From positions 11,354 through 75,353 of the forward strand of contig WYAY01000160.1 in assembly GCA_011526165.1 (NCBI GenBank): 64,000 bases of DNA. The letters run 5' to 3'. This document shows, piece by piece, positions 29,141-40,867 of the stretch; within the stretch, counting starts at the first letter, position 1, and each line of letters begins with the position of its first letter. This DNA is from Sulfuritalea sp. (GTDB lineage Bacteria; Pseudomonadota; Gammaproteobacteria; Burkholderiales; Rhodocyclaceae). The notes under the pieces were generated by a model that was not told the DNA's origin, did no database searches, and was given only the letters and a program-made list of their open reading frames with translations. Both the position numbers and the translations under genes were made by a program.

Positions 29141-31091
29141 GCGCGACAGTCCGCCGCTAACCCGCAGCCAGGAACTCTGGCTGCTCGCCTGCGCCGTGCT
29201 GACGCTGGCGCCCGGTGTCGCGCATGTCCCGGCCTGGCTGCTTGCCGCCGCGGCGATGGCCCTCTTCTGGTGCGCGGCGATCTGGTGGCGCCGGGCCGCG
29301 CTGCCGCCGCGCTGGCTGCTGAGTTTTCTCGTCCTGGCCGGCACGGCGGGTGTGTTCTTCACCTATCGTCATTTCTTCGGCAAGGATCCGGGCATTGCCC
29401 TGCTGATCCTCTTTCTCGCCCTCAAACTGCTGGAGATGCGCCGGCTGCGCGACGGGCTGGCCGTCGTCTTCCTCTGCTACTTCCTGCTGCTCACGCATTT
29501 CCTCAACGAGCAGGGCATGGATGTCGCCGGCCTTACCCTGCTCGCCCTCGTCGTCATCACCGCCGCGCTGTCCAGCCTGGCGCATGCCGGCCGCCACGTC
29601 GTCGACCACCTGCGCCTGTCCGCCCTCATGCTGGCGCAGGCAGCACCCTTCATGCTGGTCCTGTTCCTGCTCTTTCCGCGCGTGCAGGGGCCGCTCTGGG
29701 GCATGCCGGCCGACGCCTACAGCGGCATGAGCGGTCTGTCGGACAGCATGACGCCCGGCTCCATCAGCAACCTGAGCCTGTCCGGCGAGATCGCCTTCCG
29801 CGCCCGCTTCGAGGGCGAGATCCCGCCGAAACCCCAGCTGTACTGGCGCGGCCCGGTCCTCCGCCTGTTCGACGGCCGCACCTGGCGCAGCGGGATCCAG
29901 CAGGAAAAAGTCAGTCCCGGCGGGACGGCGACGGAATCGACCGTCCGCTACACGGTCACCCTGGAACCCCACAACAAGCCCTGGCTGTTTGCCCTGGAAA
30001 TGCCACTGGCGCCACCGTCCGGCGCCATCGTTTCGCGCGAATACCAGGTGCTGTCGAAAACGCCGGTGCGCAGCCGGCTGCGCTACGACATGCAATCCCA
30101 CATCGGCTTCGTGCCCGGCGCCGACGAAGCCGAGACCGTGCTGCGCAGGCATCTCGACCTGCCCGGCAACAACCCGCGCACGCGCGCCCTGGCCGAGCAG
30201 TGGCGGCGCGAGGCAGCGCAGGACGAAGCGGTGATTCGGCGCATGCTCGACCACTTCCGCATGGAGCAATTCTTCTACACCCTCACCCCGCCGCTGCTCG
30301 GCGAAAACAGCATCGACCAGTTTTTGTTCGAGACCCGGCGCGGCTTTTGCGAGCATTACGCCTCGGCCTTCGTCTTCGCCATGCGTGCGGCAGGCATTCC
30401 GGCGCGCGTGGTCACGGGCTACCAGGGCGGCGAGCGCAACCCCGTAGACGGTTATCTGATCGTGCGCCAGTCCGACGCCCATGCCTGGGCGGAAGTCTGG
30501 CTGGAGGGCAAGGGCTGGACGCGCGTCGATCCGACCGCCGCCGTCGCGCCGAACCGCATCGAGGCCGGCCTGGCTTCCGCCGTGCCGGCCGGCGAGCCGC
30601 TGCCCTTCCTGGTGCGCGCCGACCTGTCCTGGCTGAAGCAACTGCGCTTCCGCTGGGAGGCCATCAGCAACACCTGGAACCAATGGGTGCTCGGCTTCGA
30701 TCCGCAGCGCCAGCGCGAGCTGCTCTCGCGCCTCGGCATGCGCCAGCCGGACTGGAAGGCGATGACCGCCGCCATGGCCGTGCTGTGCGGCCTCCTGCTG
30801 CTGGGTCTGACGGCCTGGGCGCTGCACCGCCGCGCGCGTATCGATCCTGTGCAGCGCGCCTGGAATCGCCTGAGCCGACGGCTGGCGCGAATTGGCCTGG
30901 CACGCCAGGCCTGGGAAGGGCCGGCGGACTATACGCAGCGCGTAGCCCAGGCACGCCCCGAGCTTTCCCCCGCACTCGCGGCCATCGCCGGCCTCTACAT
31001 CGACCTGCGCTATGGCAAACTGGCCGGCAAGGAAGCGCGACGAAAGCTGCGCGGCATGATTGCCGACCTGAAGATACCCCCATCGCAATGA
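29130..31091 (+). CDS. tgpA: Membrane transglutaminase-like protein (DUF3488/TgpA)
   Basis: TM region, YWRG, GFCEHYAS, HAWAEVW, DPT catalytic triad. Confidence 0.9.
   Translation: MGIKRDSPPLTRSQELWLLACAVLTLAPGVAHVPAWLLAAAAMALFWCAAIWWRRAALPPRWLLSFLVLAGTAGVFFTYRHFFGKDPGIALLILFLALKLLEMRRLRDGLAVVFLCYFLLLTHFLNEQGMDVAGLTLLALVVITAALSSLAHAGRHVVDHLRLSALMLAQAAPFMLVLFLLFPRVQGPLWGMPADAYSGMSGLSDSMTPGSISNLSLSGEIAFRARFEGEIPPKPQLYWRGPVLRLFDGRTWRSGIQQEKVSPGGTATESTVRYTVTLEPHNKPWLFALEMPLAPPSGAIVSREYQVLSKTPVRSRLRYDMQSHIGFVPGADEAETVLRRHLDLPGNNPRTRALAEQWRREAAQDEAVIRRMLDHFRMEQFFYTLTPPLLGENSIDQFLFETRRGFCEHYASAFVFAMRAAGIPARVVTGYQGGERNPVDGYLIVRQSDAHAWAEVWLEGKGWTRVDPTAAVAPNRIEAGLASAVPAGEPLPFLVRADLSWLKQLRFRWEAISNTWNQWVLGFDPQRQRELLSRLGMRQPDWKAMTAAMAVLCGLLLLGLTAWALHRRARIDPVQRAWNRLSRRLARIGLARQAWEGPADYTQRVAQARPELSPALAAIAGLYIDLRYGKLAGKEARRKLRGMIADLKIPPSQ
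29906..29930 (+). repeat. Polar 25-bp motif, copy 4 (AAAAGTCAGTC-ccggcggg-ACGGCG)
   Basis: Read directly; inside tgpA (KVSPGGTA). Confidence 0.9.
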
Positions 31092-32089
31092 GCCGCATCC
31101 TGCCGGTCCTGCTTCTCGCTGTCCTCGCCCTGCCCTCGGTATCGACGGCGGGCGGCTTCGCCCAGCGCGAAGACGTGCGCGCCTTCGTCGATGAAATGCA
31201 CCAGCGGCACGGTTTCGACCGCGCGCGGCTGCTGCGCCTTTTCGGCCAGGCGCAGCTTCAGCCGAAAGCGCTCCAGGCCATCCTGCCGCCAAAGGATCCG
31301 TCGGTGCGCTCCTGGCAAGCCTATCGCGCGCGCTTCATCGAGCCCTCACGCATCCACGGCGGCCTGCGCTTCTGGGAGGCGAACCGGGAAGCCCTCGAAG
31401 CGGCGCGGCTCGCCTACGGCGTACCGGAGGAAATCGTCGTCGCCATCATCGGCATCGAAACCATCTACGGCCGCAACACCGGAAAGTTTCCGGCCTTGGC
31501 AACGCTGGCGACGCTGGCGTTCGACTATCCGCCGCGCGCCGATCTTTTCCGGCGCGAACTCGAAGCCCTCCTGTTGCTGGCGCGCGAATCGCGCCGCAAC
31601 CCTGCCGCCTACTCCGGTTCCTACGCCGGCGCGCTGGGCATCCCGCAGTTCCTGCCAAGCAGCATCCGCAACTGGGGCGTGGATTTCGACGGTGACGGGC
31701 TAGTCGATCTGTCGGCGAGCAACGCGGACGCCATTGGCAGCGTCGCCAACTTCCTTGCCAGCCATGGCTGGGAGGCCGGCAGCGCGATTGCGGCCCCTGC
31801 CAATGCGTCGGGCGAACGCATCAATGAGCTGATCGAGGCGGGCATCGTGCCGCGCCTCACGCCGGCCGAAATGGCGGCCTACGGCGTCGCGCCGGCAGTG
31901 GAAGCGCCGCAGCTGCCCTGCGCCCTGATCGACCTCGTCACGCCGGATCAGGCCACGGAATACTGGCTCGGCTACCGCAATTTCTACGTCATCACGCGCT
32001 ACAACCGCTCCAGCTTCTATGCCATGGCGGTGTATGCGCTGTCGCTCGAATTGAAGCAGGAAAGGGCAGCCCGCCTGGCGGCGAGATGA
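31088..32089 (+). CDS. mltB: Lytic murein transglycosylase B
   Basis: IIGIETIYG, GSYAGALG.PQFLPSS, DFDGDG, NFYVITRYN. Confidence 0.93.
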   Translation: MSRILPVLLLAVLALPSVSTAGGFAQREDVRAFVDEMHQRHGFDRARLLRLFGQAQLQPKALQAILPPKDPSVRSWQAYRARFIEPSRIHGGLRFWEANREALEAARLAYGVPEEIVVAIIGIETIYGRNTGKFPALATLATLAFDYPPRADLFRRELEALLLLARESRRNPAAYSGSYAGALGIPQFLPSSIRNWGVDFDGDGLVDLSASNADAIGSVANFLASHGWEAGSAIAAPANASGERINELIEAGIVPRLTPAEMAAYGVAPAVEAPQLPCALIDLVTPDQATEYWLGYRNFYVITRYNRSSFYAMAVYALSLELKQERAARLAAR

Positions 32090-32092
32090 GCG

Positions 32093-33004
32093 TTACAGCA
32101 GGACGTCCTTGGAAACGCCGTGCCGCTTGAGGATGCGCCGCAGTTGGGCCAGCGCCTCGATCTGGATCTGCCGCACCCGTTCGCGCGTCAGGGAAAGCCG
32201 CTCCGCCAGTTCCTCCAGCGTCGCCACCTCGCAGCCGTTGAGGCCGTAGCGGGATTCGATCACCCGGCGCTGTTTGTCGCTCAGCATGCCGATCCATTCC
32301 GTTACCAGATGCTCCACTTCGGCGGTATGAATCTGCATCTCCGGCGTTTCGGCGGCATCGTCCGCCAGCGATTCGCCGATGGACAGGCTGGGGTCGATCT
32401 CCAGCGGCGCATCCAGCGAGGCGACATGCTCGTTCAGCGCCAGCACCTGGCGCACCTCGTCGACCGGCTTGTCGAGCAGCTGGGCGATCTCTTCCAGTCC
32501 GGTCTCGCGCGCGCTGGAGGCCTCCAGATGCCGCATGGCGCGCAGCACCGAGTTGAGCTCCTTGACGACATGCACCGGCAGGCGGATGGTGCGTGACTGA
32601 TTCATGATGGCCCGCTCAATGTTCTGGCGGATCCACCATGTGGCATAGGTCGAAAAGCGGAAGCCGCGTTCCGGATCGAACTTGTCGAGGGCGTGGATGA
32701 GGCCAAGGTTGCCTTCCTCGACCAGATCGAGCAGCGGCATGCCGCGATTGAGGTAATGCTTGGCGATGTTCACCACCAGGCGCAGGTTGTGCTCGATCAT
32801 CTTCTGGCGCGCGCCCTCGTCGCCCTGCCGGGTCAGCCGCGCGTAGGACAGCTCCTGCTCCGGCGTCAGCAGCGGGTTGGCGCCGATCTCGTTGAGGTAG
32901 ATCTGGGTGACGTCGTTGAGGAATTCCGGCTCGCCGGCGGGCGCGGCTTCCGGCGCCGGCGGTTCGGACGGCTCCCCTTCACCCGGCAAAACCTCTTCGC
33001 GCAT
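32093..33004 (-). CDS. rpoS: RNA polymerase sigma factor RpoS
   Basis: NLRLVV, EEGNLGL, RFSTYATWWIRQ, TRERVRQIQ; follows nlpD. Confidence 0.94.
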   Translation of the reverse strand: MREEVLPGEGEPSEPPAPEAAPAGEPEFLNDVTQIYLNEIGANPLLTPEQELSYARLTRQGDEGARQKMIEHNLRLVVNIAKHYLNRGMPLLDLVEEGNLGLIHALDKFDPERGFRFSTYATWWIRQNIERAIMNQSRTIRLPVHVVKELNSVLRAMRHLEASSARETGLEEIAQLLDKPVDEVRQVLALNEHVASLDAPLEIDPSLSIGESLADDAAETPEMQIHTAEVEHLVTEWIGMLSDKQRRVIESRYGLNGCEVATLEELAERLSLTRERVRQIQIEALAQLRRILKRHGVSKDVLL

Positions 33005-33007
33005 GCA

Positions 33008-33910
33008 TCACCTCGGCGGCAGCAGCTTGATGGGATCGAGCGGTTTACCCTGGCGGCGGATTTCGAAATGCAGCTTGGCCTGGTCGGCATCGCTGTTGCC
33101 AAGCTCGGCAATTCTCTGTCCCCTGCCCACCTGCTGTCCTTCCTTGGCCAGCAGCCGGCTGTTGTGGGCATACACGCTGGACAGGCCGTTGGCGTGCTGC
33201 ACAATGATCAGGTTGCCATAGCCGCGTATGCCGCTGCCGGCGTAGGTCACCTTGCCGCTTTCGGCCGCCAGTACCGGCTCGCCGATGCGTCCCTCGATAT
33301 CGATGCCCTTGCTGCTGCCATCGACATAGGAGGAGATCACCCTGCCCGCGGCGGGCCACGTCCAACTCAGCTCGTCTCCGGCAGCGGCCTCCGTCGGCCT
33401 GGGCTCGGGCCTGGCCTGGGCCGGAGGCGGCGTGGGGCGCGACTCCTCCGCCTTCTGCATTGCCGCCATGGCCTGTTCCGTATAAGGCTGCTTACCGCCC
33501 TTGGGTTCCCGCTTGAGGGTATCGGTGTTCGGCACGCTTGCTGCCGCGGTCACCGGGCGAACCTCCACCGCGGCGGGAGCGGCAATCGGTTTGACCACGG
33601 CCACGCCCTCCGGCGGCGCCACGCGCAACTGCTGACCCACCCGGATCATGTTGGGGTTGTCGATGTTGTTCCAGGCGGCGACATCGCGGTATGACTGACC
33701 ATGCTCCAGGGCGATGCTGTAGAGCGTCTCGCCTCTTTTCACTGTATGGTATTCACCGGGCTTGGCGGCGCTCGCAGTGGGCGCCGCGCCCTTGGCCGTC
33801 TGGCCGCCACGCTCGATCACCGGAGCAGGCGCCTTCGACGCGCAGCCGCCCAGCGATACGGCGACCAAGGCCACCGAAAGGATCACGCCTCGTGAAACAG
33901 GATGGTTCAT
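33008..33910 (-). CDS. nlpD: LysM/M23 lipoprotein NlpD
   Basis: Lipobox LGGC, LysM domain, YGNLII.H, LHFEIR. Confidence 0.92.
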   Translation of the reverse strand: MNHPVSRGVILSVALVAVSLGGCASKAPAPVIERGGQTAKGAAPTASAAKPGEYHTVKRGETLYSIALEHGQSYRDVAAWNNIDNPNMIRVGQQLRVAPPEGVAVVKPIAAPAAVEVRPVTAAASVPNTDTLKREPKGGKQPYTEQAMAAMQKAEESRPTPPPAQARPEPRPTEAAAGDELSWTWPAAGRVISSYVDGSSKGIDIEGRIGEPVLAAESGKVTYAGSGIRGYGNLIIVQHANGLSSVYAHNSRLLAKEGQQVGRGQRIAELGNSDADQAKLHFEIRRQGKPLDPIKLLPPR

Positions 33911-33912
33911 GC

Positions 33913-34572
33913 CTATTCGACTCCGGCCAGCAAGGGTACGAAACGCACCGATTCAAGGCGGGTTTCGCTAAAGCCGCGCGCGCTACGCTCGATCAGGCAA
34001 AGTGCCTGGTCCTCTCCACCTAGGGGCAGGATCATGCGCCCGCCGACCGCCAGTTGTCCAAGCAGTGCCTGCGGCACGCGAGCGGCAGCGGCGGCAAGGA
34101 TGATTGTATCGAAAGGCGCGGCTTCCGCCAGCCCGAGGCTGCCGTCCGCATGCTTGAGCCGGACATTCGGCAAGCGCAGGTGGCGCAGGTTGGCCCGTGC
34201 CTTGTCGAGCAACTGGGCGAGGCGCTCGATCGCATAGACGTCCTTGGCCATCTGGGCCAGGACCGCCGCCTGATAGCCGCAGCCTGCGCCGATCTCCAGC
34301 GTCTTGCCGAGGTGTTCCCGCCCGGCCGCCAGCAGTTCGATCATGCGCGCCACAATGAACGGCTGGGATATCGTCTGTTTCAGTCCGATCGGCAAGGCCG
34401 TGTCCTCGTAGGCGCGCGAGGCGAGCGCCTCCTCGACAAAGATGTGGCGCGGCACCGCCGCCATCGCCGCCAGGACGCGTTCGTCGCGGATGCCGTCGGC
34501 GCGCAGGCGCTCGATCATGCGCGCACGCGTGCGCGGTGAGGTCATGCCGATGCCGGCCAGCTCGCGCTTCAT
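33913..34572 (-). CDS. pcm: Protein-L-isoaspartate O-methyltransferase
   Basis: [27 protein letters not shown]. Confidence 0.94.
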   Translation of the reverse strand: MKRELAGIGMTSPRTRARMIERLRADGIRDERVLAAMAAVPRHIFVEEALASRAYEDTALPIGLKQTISQPFIVARMIELLAAGREHLGKTLEIGAGCGYQAAVLAQMAKDVYAIERLAQLLDKARANLRHLRLPNVRLKHADGSLGLAEAAPFDTIILAAAAARVPQALLGQLAVGGRMILPLGGEDQALCLIERSARGFSETRLESVRFVPLLAGVE

Positions 34573-35312
34573 GCCCCGAGCCAGTTCTTGACAGTGGTGA
34601 TCTGGGCTCCGTGCGTCAGGTCGATCTGCAGCGGCGTGATCGACGCGTAGTCGTTCTCGATAGCGTGGAAATCCGTTCCTTCGCCGGCGTCCTGGGCTGA
34701 GCCGGCAGCGCCGATCCAGTATACGGTCTCGCCACGCGGATTGACCTGCCGAACCACGCCCTCTGCCTTGTGCCGCTTGCCCAGTCGCGTCACCCGGATG
34801 CCCTTCAGCCTGTCGGGCGGGATGTCCGGCACATTGATGTTCAGCAGCACCGGCTCTCCCGGCGGCTGGCAAAGGCAGCGCTCGACCACGCCGCGGGTCA
34901 CCTGGGCAGCCGTTTCGAAATGGGCCGCCTTGTGGCTGGTCAGCGACACGGCGATCGACGGCACACCCAGCAGGTAGCCTTCGGTCGCTGCCGCCACAGT
35001 GCCGGAATATATCGTGTCGTCGCCCATGTTGGCACCGAGATTGATGCCCGATATCACCATGTCCGGCGGATGCTCGAGCATGCCGGTCACCGCCAGATGT
35101 ACACAATCGGTAGGCGTACCATTTACGAAGTAGAAACCGTTGGCGGCCTGCCGCAACCTGAGCGGGCGGTCCAGCGTGAGGGAGTTGCTGGCGCCGCTGC
35201 GATCGCGTTCGGGAGCAACGACGGTAATCTCGGCAAAATCCGACAGGGTCCGGGCCAGCATCTCTATGCCCGGCGCGAAGTAGCCGTCGTCGTTGGAAAG
35301 GAGGATGCGCAT
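34569..35312 (-). CDS. surE: 5'/3'-nucleotidase SurE
   Basis: [34 protein letters not shown]. Confidence 0.96.
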   Translation of the reverse strand: MRILLSNDDGYFAPGIEMLARTLSDFAEITVVAPERDRSGASNSLTLDRPLRLRQAANGFYFVNGTPTDCVHLAVTGMLEHPPDMVISGINLGANMGDDTIYSGTVAAATEGYLLGVPSIAVSLTSHKAAHFETAAQVTRGVVERCLCQPPGEPVLLNINVPDIPPDRLKGIRVTRLGKRHKAEGVVRQVNPRGETVYWIGAAGSAQDAGEGTDFHAIENDYASITPLQIDLTHGAQITTVKNWLGA

Positions 35313-35349
35313 GGTATGCCGCGCGGCGAAGGCTGCCTCAGGGTAAGAA

Positions 35350-35427
<78 letters not shown>

Positions 35428-35480
35428 CTGGATTGGAATTATATCAGAGAGCGGAACGCGCGACGGGATGAAAACGCGCT

Positions 35481-35846
35481 TCAGGCGCGCAGCAAGGCAA
35501 TGATGCCGGCTATTTCGCCACGCAGCGACTGACCGGGAACAGGGAAGACGGGCAATCCGTCCGCAGGGTTCGGCAAATCCCGGCTGAGATTTTCTTCCAG
35601 GCGGTTGCGCGCCCCGCTGATGGTGAAGCCTTCCCGATAGAGCAATTCGCGTATGCGCCGGACCAGCAGCACTTCGTGATGCTGGTAGTAGCGCCGGTTG
35701 CCGCGCCGCTTGACCGGCTTGAGCTGCGTGAATTCCTGTTCCCAGTAGCGCAGGACATGCGGCTTGACGCCGCACAGCTCGCTCACTTCACCGATGGTGA
35801 AGTATCGCTTTGCCGGAATCGGCGGCAGATCATCCTTGTTTGCCAT
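35481..35846 (-). CDS. MerR family regulator (ihfA-linked)
   Basis: [21 protein letters not shown]. Confidence 0.92.
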   Translation of the reverse strand: MANKDDLPPIPAKRYFTIGEVSELCGVKPHVLRYWEQEFTQLKPVKRRGNRRYYQHHEVLLVRRIRELLYREGFTISGARNRLEENLSRDLPNPADGLPVFPVPGQSLRGEIAGIIALLRA

Positions 35847-36135
35847 GACTGCTCAGCTTCTCGACCGAGGCCTTGAGTTTCTGGCTGGCATGGAAGGTGA
35901 CGACGCGACGCGCAGTGATGGGAATCTCCTCGCCGGTCTTGGGATTGCGGCCTGGGCGCTGCGGTTTGTCGCGCAACTGGAAATTGCCGAAGCCGGACAG
36001 TTTCACACTGTCGCCTCGTTCCAGCGCCGTCCGGATCTCCTCGAAGAACCCCTCCACCATATCCTTGGCTTCGCGCTTGTTCAGGCCGACCTTTTCAAAA
36101 AGGAGGTCGGCGAGTTCCGCCTTTGTTAACGTCAT
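35830..36135 (-). CDS. ihfA: Integration host factor alpha
   Basis: [25 protein letters not shown]. Confidence 0.96.
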   Translation of the reverse strand: MTLTKAELADLLFEKVGLNKREAKDMVEGFFEEIRTALERGDSVKLSGFGNFQLRDKPQRPGRNPKTGEEIPITARRVVTFHASQKLKASVEKLSSHGKQG

Positions 36136-36144
36136 TTCTGCTCC

Positions 36145-38523
36145 CTATGAACGCAGCTTGGCGGCGAATTTTTTTGTCGCGGCCTCGATCATTGCCATGA
36201 CCGCCGCATCGACTTCGCCTTCGGAAAGCGTTTTTTCAGTATCTTGCATAACTACCCGGAAAGCAAGACTTTTTTTCTCCGGATCGACTCCCTTGCCATG
36301 ATACACATCGAACAACACGACCTCCCGGACAAAGGCCGGGGCGACAGCAAGCAACGTCTCCAGCATGGGCTGGGCGGATTGTTCCTGGGCCACCACCAAT
36401 GCGATGTCACGCACCACGCCAGGGAAGCGTGAAACCTCCTGATAGGCCGGCAGCGGCTGCTGCAATACGGCGTCCAGATCCAGTTCGAACAGCACCGGCG
36501 CGCTGCCCAATTCATATTTCTGCACCCAGTGCGGATGCAGTTCCCCGACCAGACCGATCACCTTGCCCTGCAGGATGACCGAGGCGGCGCGGCCGGGATG
36601 CAGGGCCGGGTGCTGCAAGCGCTCAAAACCGCCCCGCAGCGGCGCCAGCAGCGCCTCGACATCGGCCTTGGCGTCGAAAAAGTCGGCACGGCGCGTGGCC
36701 ACGCCCCACTGCTCCGGCGCGGCCGGGCCCCAGGCCAGCGCCGCAACCCGTTTCGGCTGCAGGAAACCCGTGATCTGGTCGCCTGTGGCATCGCGCAGGA
36801 AGCAACGGCCGGTTTCGAAGACTCTGACGCGATCCTGGCGCCTGTTGAGATTGCCAACGAGGTTGGCCACCAGTCCGCCGATCAGGCTGGAACGCATCAC
36901 CCCCATCTGGCTGGCAATCGGATTGGCGAGAACCACCGGATCGTCGTTGGCGCAGAAATCCCGCTCCCAGGCGGCATCCACGAAACTGTAATTCACCACC
37001 TCCTGGTAATCGCGGGCTGCCAGCAGGCGACGCAGGCGCCAGACGGAGCGGGTCTGCTCATTCTGCGGCAGGATGGCCAGTGAACCCTGCGCATGGCGTG
37101 CGGGGATGTTGTCGTAACCATGCAGCCTGGCCAGTTCCTCGACCAGGTCCTCCTCGATGGCGATGTCGAAACGGTGCGAGGGCGGCGTCACCGTGAAGAC
37201 GTCCTCGTCCTGTGTGAAATGGAAGTCGAGCCCCTTGAAGAGGCGCGCTGCCACCTCGGCACCCAAGCGGATGCCGAGAATCTTCTCGGCTCTCGGCACG
37301 CGCAGCCGCACCGGCGCGCGCATCGGCAGGTAACTGTGGTCGACCGCCTCGGCCACCGGCCCGGCCTGCCCGCCGCAAATGTCCATGATCAGCCGGCTTG
37401 CCCTTTCCAGCGCCTCGCGCGCAGCAGCGAAATCGACACCGCGCTCGAAGCGGTAGGAGGCGTCGGAGGAAAAGCCGAGCGCACGCGCCTTGCCGGCAAT
37501 GGCATCGGGCGCGAAGAAGGCGCTCTCCAGAAACAACTCGGTGGTGTCGTCTGCAATGCCGCTCTCCTCGCCACCCATGATGCCGGCCATGGCCAGCGCA
37601 CGGCTGTCGTCCGCGATGAGCGCCGTGTCGACGGAGGGTTCGACGGTCTGCCCGTTCAACAGCAGCAGTTTCTCGCCCGCGGCCGGATAGCGCACATGCA
37701 CCGCGCCGTCGAGACGGACATTGTCGAAGGCATGCAGGGGCTGGCCGAGTTCCAGCATGACGTAGTTGGTGATATCGACCACGGCGCTGATGGAGCGCAA
37801 GCCGCTGCGCTCGAGGCGGCGCTTCATCCAGTCCGGCGTCGGCGCCTTGGCATCGATGCCGCTGATGACACGGCCGCAGTAGCGCGGACAGGCAGCCGGC
37901 GCGTCCAGCACCACCTCGCGGCGCTTGTCGCTCGTCACGCGGACTTCCCCGACGGGCGGGAAGGAGGCGGCCGTTCCGGTCAACGCACCGACTTCGCGCG
38001 CAACGCCTTTCAGGCTGAGACAGTCGGCCCGGTTCGGCGTGAGCTTCAGGGTAAACAGCTTGTCATCGAGCGCGAGACAGGTACGGATATCCTCGCCCAC
38101 GGGCGCCTCGGGCGGCAGCGCCAGCAGGCCGCTGTGATCCTCGGACAAGCCGAGTTCGCGCGCCGAACAGAGCATGCCGAAGGATTCGACGCCACGTACC
38201 TTGGCCGCCTTGATCTTCAGGCCGGGCAGCTCGGCGCCGACCAGGGCGCAAGGCACCTTCATGCCGGCGCTGACATTGGGCGCGCCGCAGACGATCTGCA
38301 GCGTGTCGCCCTGGCCCGCATCGACGCAGCAGAGCTTCAGCTTGTCGGCATCGGGATGCTTGTCGACCGAGAGCACTTGCGCTACGACGACGCCGGCAAA
38401 GGCCGGCGCGACGGGCTGCAGCGCCTCGACCTCCAGCCCCGCCATGGTGAGGCTGTGCGCCAGTTCTGCGCTGGTAAGGGGCGGATTGACGAATTCGCGC
38501 AGCCAGTGTTCGGAGAACTGCAT
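36145..38523 (-). CDS. pheT: Phenylalanine-tRNA ligase beta subunit
   Basis: MQFSEHWL, HPDADKL, VCGAPN, TPNRADCLS, RFERGVD. Confidence 0.96.
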   Translation of the reverse strand: MQFSEHWLREFVNPPLTSAELAHSLTMAGLEVEALQPVAPAFAGVVVAQVLSVDKHPDADKLKLCCVDAGQGDTLQIVCGAPNVSAGMKVPCALVGAELPGLKIKAAKVRGVESFGMLCSARELGLSEDHSGLLALPPEAPVGEDIRTCLALDDKLFTLKLTPNRADCLSLKGVAREVGALTGTAASFPPVGEVRVTSDKRREVVLDAPAACPRYCGRVISGIDAKAPTPDWMKRRLERSGLRSISAVVDITNYVMLELGQPLHAFDNVRLDGAVHVRYPAAGEKLLLLNGQTVEPSVDTALIADDSRALAMAGIMGGEESGIADDTTELFLESAFFAPDAIAGKARALGFSSDASYRFERGVDFAAAREALERASRLIMDICGGQAGPVAEAVDHSYLPMRAPVRLRVPRAEKILGIRLGAEVAARLFKGLDFHFTQDEDVFTVTPPSHRFDIAIEEDLVEELARLHGYDNIPARHAQGSLAILPQNEQTRSVWRLRRLLAARDYQEVVNYSFVDAAWERDFCANDDPVVLANPIASQMGVMRSSLIGGLVANLVGNLNRRQDRVRVFETGRCFLRDATGDQITGFLQPKRVAALAWGPAAPEQWGVATRRADFFDAKADVEALLAPLRGGFERLQHPALHPGRAASVILQGKVIGLVGELHPHWVQKYELGSAPVLFELDLDAVLQQPLPAYQEVSRFPGVVRDIALVVAQEQSAQPMLETLLAVAPAFVREVVLFDVYHGKGVDPEKKSLAFRVVMQDTEKTLSEGEVDAAVMAMIEAATKKFAAKLRS

Positions 38524-38525
38524 GA

Positions 38526-39554
<1,029 letters not shown>

Positions 39555-39562
39555 TCAAGCGT

Positions 39563-39592
39563 AAAAAAAGGAGGCTCGGTGCCTCCTTTCTT
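39563..39592 (-). terminator. Terminator after rplT
   Basis: AAAGGAGGC-accga-GCCTCCTTTTTTT on the minus strand. Confidence 0.8.
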
Positions 39593-39606
39593 CACTCGTT
39601 TCGCGT

Positions 39607-39966
39607 TCAGGCGGAGAGGCGCGCCTTGGCCTGGTTGGCAAGCTGGGCAAAAGCCGGCTTGTCGAACACCGCCAGATCTGCCAGCACCTTGCGGTCGACT
39701 TCGATGGAAGCCTTCTTCAGGCCGTTCATCAGGCCGCTGTAGGTCATGCCCAACTCGCGCGCCGCTGCGTTGATGCGGACAATCCACAGCGAGCGGAACT
39801 GGCGCTTGCGCTGACGACGGTCGCGATAGGCATACTGCCCGGCCTTCATCACCGCCTGCTTGGCGATGCGGTAGACGCTCTTGCGACGGCCGCGATAGCC
39901 CTTGGCCTGGTCGAGAACTTTCTTGTGGCGCGCGTGCGCCGTTACACCGCGTTTGACTCGTGGCAT
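39607..39966 (-). CDS. rplT: 50S ribosomal protein L20
   Basis: [23 protein letters not shown]. Confidence 0.98.
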   Translation of the reverse strand: MPRVKRGVTAHARHKKVLDQAKGYRGRRKSVYRIAKQAVMKAGQYAYRDRRQRKRQFRSLWIVRINAAARELGMTYSGLMNGLKKASIEVDRKVLADLAVFDKPAFAQLANQAKARLSA

Positions 39967-39978
39967 GGTCCGATCTCC

Positions 39979-40176
39979 TTAGGCGTAGGGCAGCATGGCC
40001 CGGATGGAGGCGACGTCCGAATCATGGACGTTGACCGCGCCGCGCAGGTGGCGCTTGGCCTTGGTGGTTTTTTTGGTCAGGATATGGCGCTTGAAAGCCT
40101 GGGAACGCTTGACGCTGCCCCCCGGCCGCACCTTGAAGCGCTTGGCAGCGCCCGATTTGGTCTTCATCTTCGGCAT
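39979..40176 (-). CDS. rpmI: 50S ribosomal protein L35
   Basis: [15 protein letters not shown]. Confidence 0.98.
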   Translation of the reverse strand: MPKMKTKSGAAKRFKVRPGGSVKRSQAFKRHILTKKTTKAKRHLRGAVNVHDSDVASIRAMLPYA

Positions 40177-40304
40177 CGAAGAATCTCCTTATAACATGGC
40201 GCCGGGTGGCTCCCGATCCAGGAGCGCTTCGACAACCCGCAACCACTTGTGCATGAGCCTGTCGGCCGGCTCATTCCGCCTTGCGCCCCGCCGGGGCGCG
40301 AAAC

Positions 40305-40841
40305 TCAATGTTTGCTCTGCTTCTTCAGCGGTGCCAGCACCATCACGAGCTGGCGGCCTTCCATCTTGGGAAACTGCTCGACCGTGCCGTAGGGCTCCAG
40401 ATCGGCCTTCACCCGCTCCAGCAGGCGCACGCCGAACTCCTGGTGCGCCATTTCCCTGCCGCGAAACCGCAGGGTCACTTTCGTCTTGTCGCCTTCCTGC
40501 AGGAAGCGGATCAGGTTCCTCAGCTTGATCTGGTAGTCGCCTTCGTCCGTACCGGGCCGGAACTTCACTTCCTTGACCTGGATCTGCTTCTGCTTCAGCT
40601 TCGCTTCGTGGGCTTTCTTCGCCTCGGCATACTTGAATTTGCCGTAGTCCATGATGCGGCAGACCGGGGGCTTGGCCAGGGGCGCTATCTCCACCAGATC
40701 CACTCCAGCCTCCTCGGCCATCTTCAGCGCAGCCTGGACCGTCACGATCCCGACCTGCTCACCGCTTTCCCCGATCAAACGGATTTCGGGGGCGTTGATT
40801 TCCTCATTCAGGCGCTGCGCCTTCTGCTGTGGCTGTGCGAT
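40305..40841 (-). CDS. infC: Translation initiation factor IF-3 (probable ATC start)
   Basis: Frame extends through [14 protein letters not shown] to an ATC at 40841 with GGAG 9 nt upstream; [21 protein letters not shown]. Confidence 0.93.
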   Translation of the reverse strand: MAQPQQKAQRLNEEINAPEIRLIGESGEQVGIVTVQAALKMAEEAGVDLVEIAPLAKPPVCRIMDYGKFKYAEAKKAHEAKLKQKQIQVKEVKFRPGTDEGDYQIKLRNLIRFLQEGDKTKVTLRFRGREMAHQEFGVRLLERVKADLEPYGTVEQFPKMEGRQLVMVLAPLKKQSKH

Positions 40842-40867
40842 GGTTCAAATCTCCAAAAATTGAAAAA

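Noticed and set aside
27266-31091. MoxR-DUF58-transglutaminase cluster as a novel system
   Set aside because: This is a widespread, already described gene arrangement
33693-33699. GACTGAC cores (also at 35527) as possible reverse copies
   Set aside because: They lack the T-tract and a correctly spaced GCCGT half
36677-36693. AAAAAGTCGGCACGGCG in pheT, resembling both motif halves
   Set aside because: The spacing is wrong and the AGTC is missing; the RRADFF codons explain it
40177-40304. Possible L20-binding leader between infC and rpmI
   Set aside because: Plausible by position, but I could not verify the structure by eye
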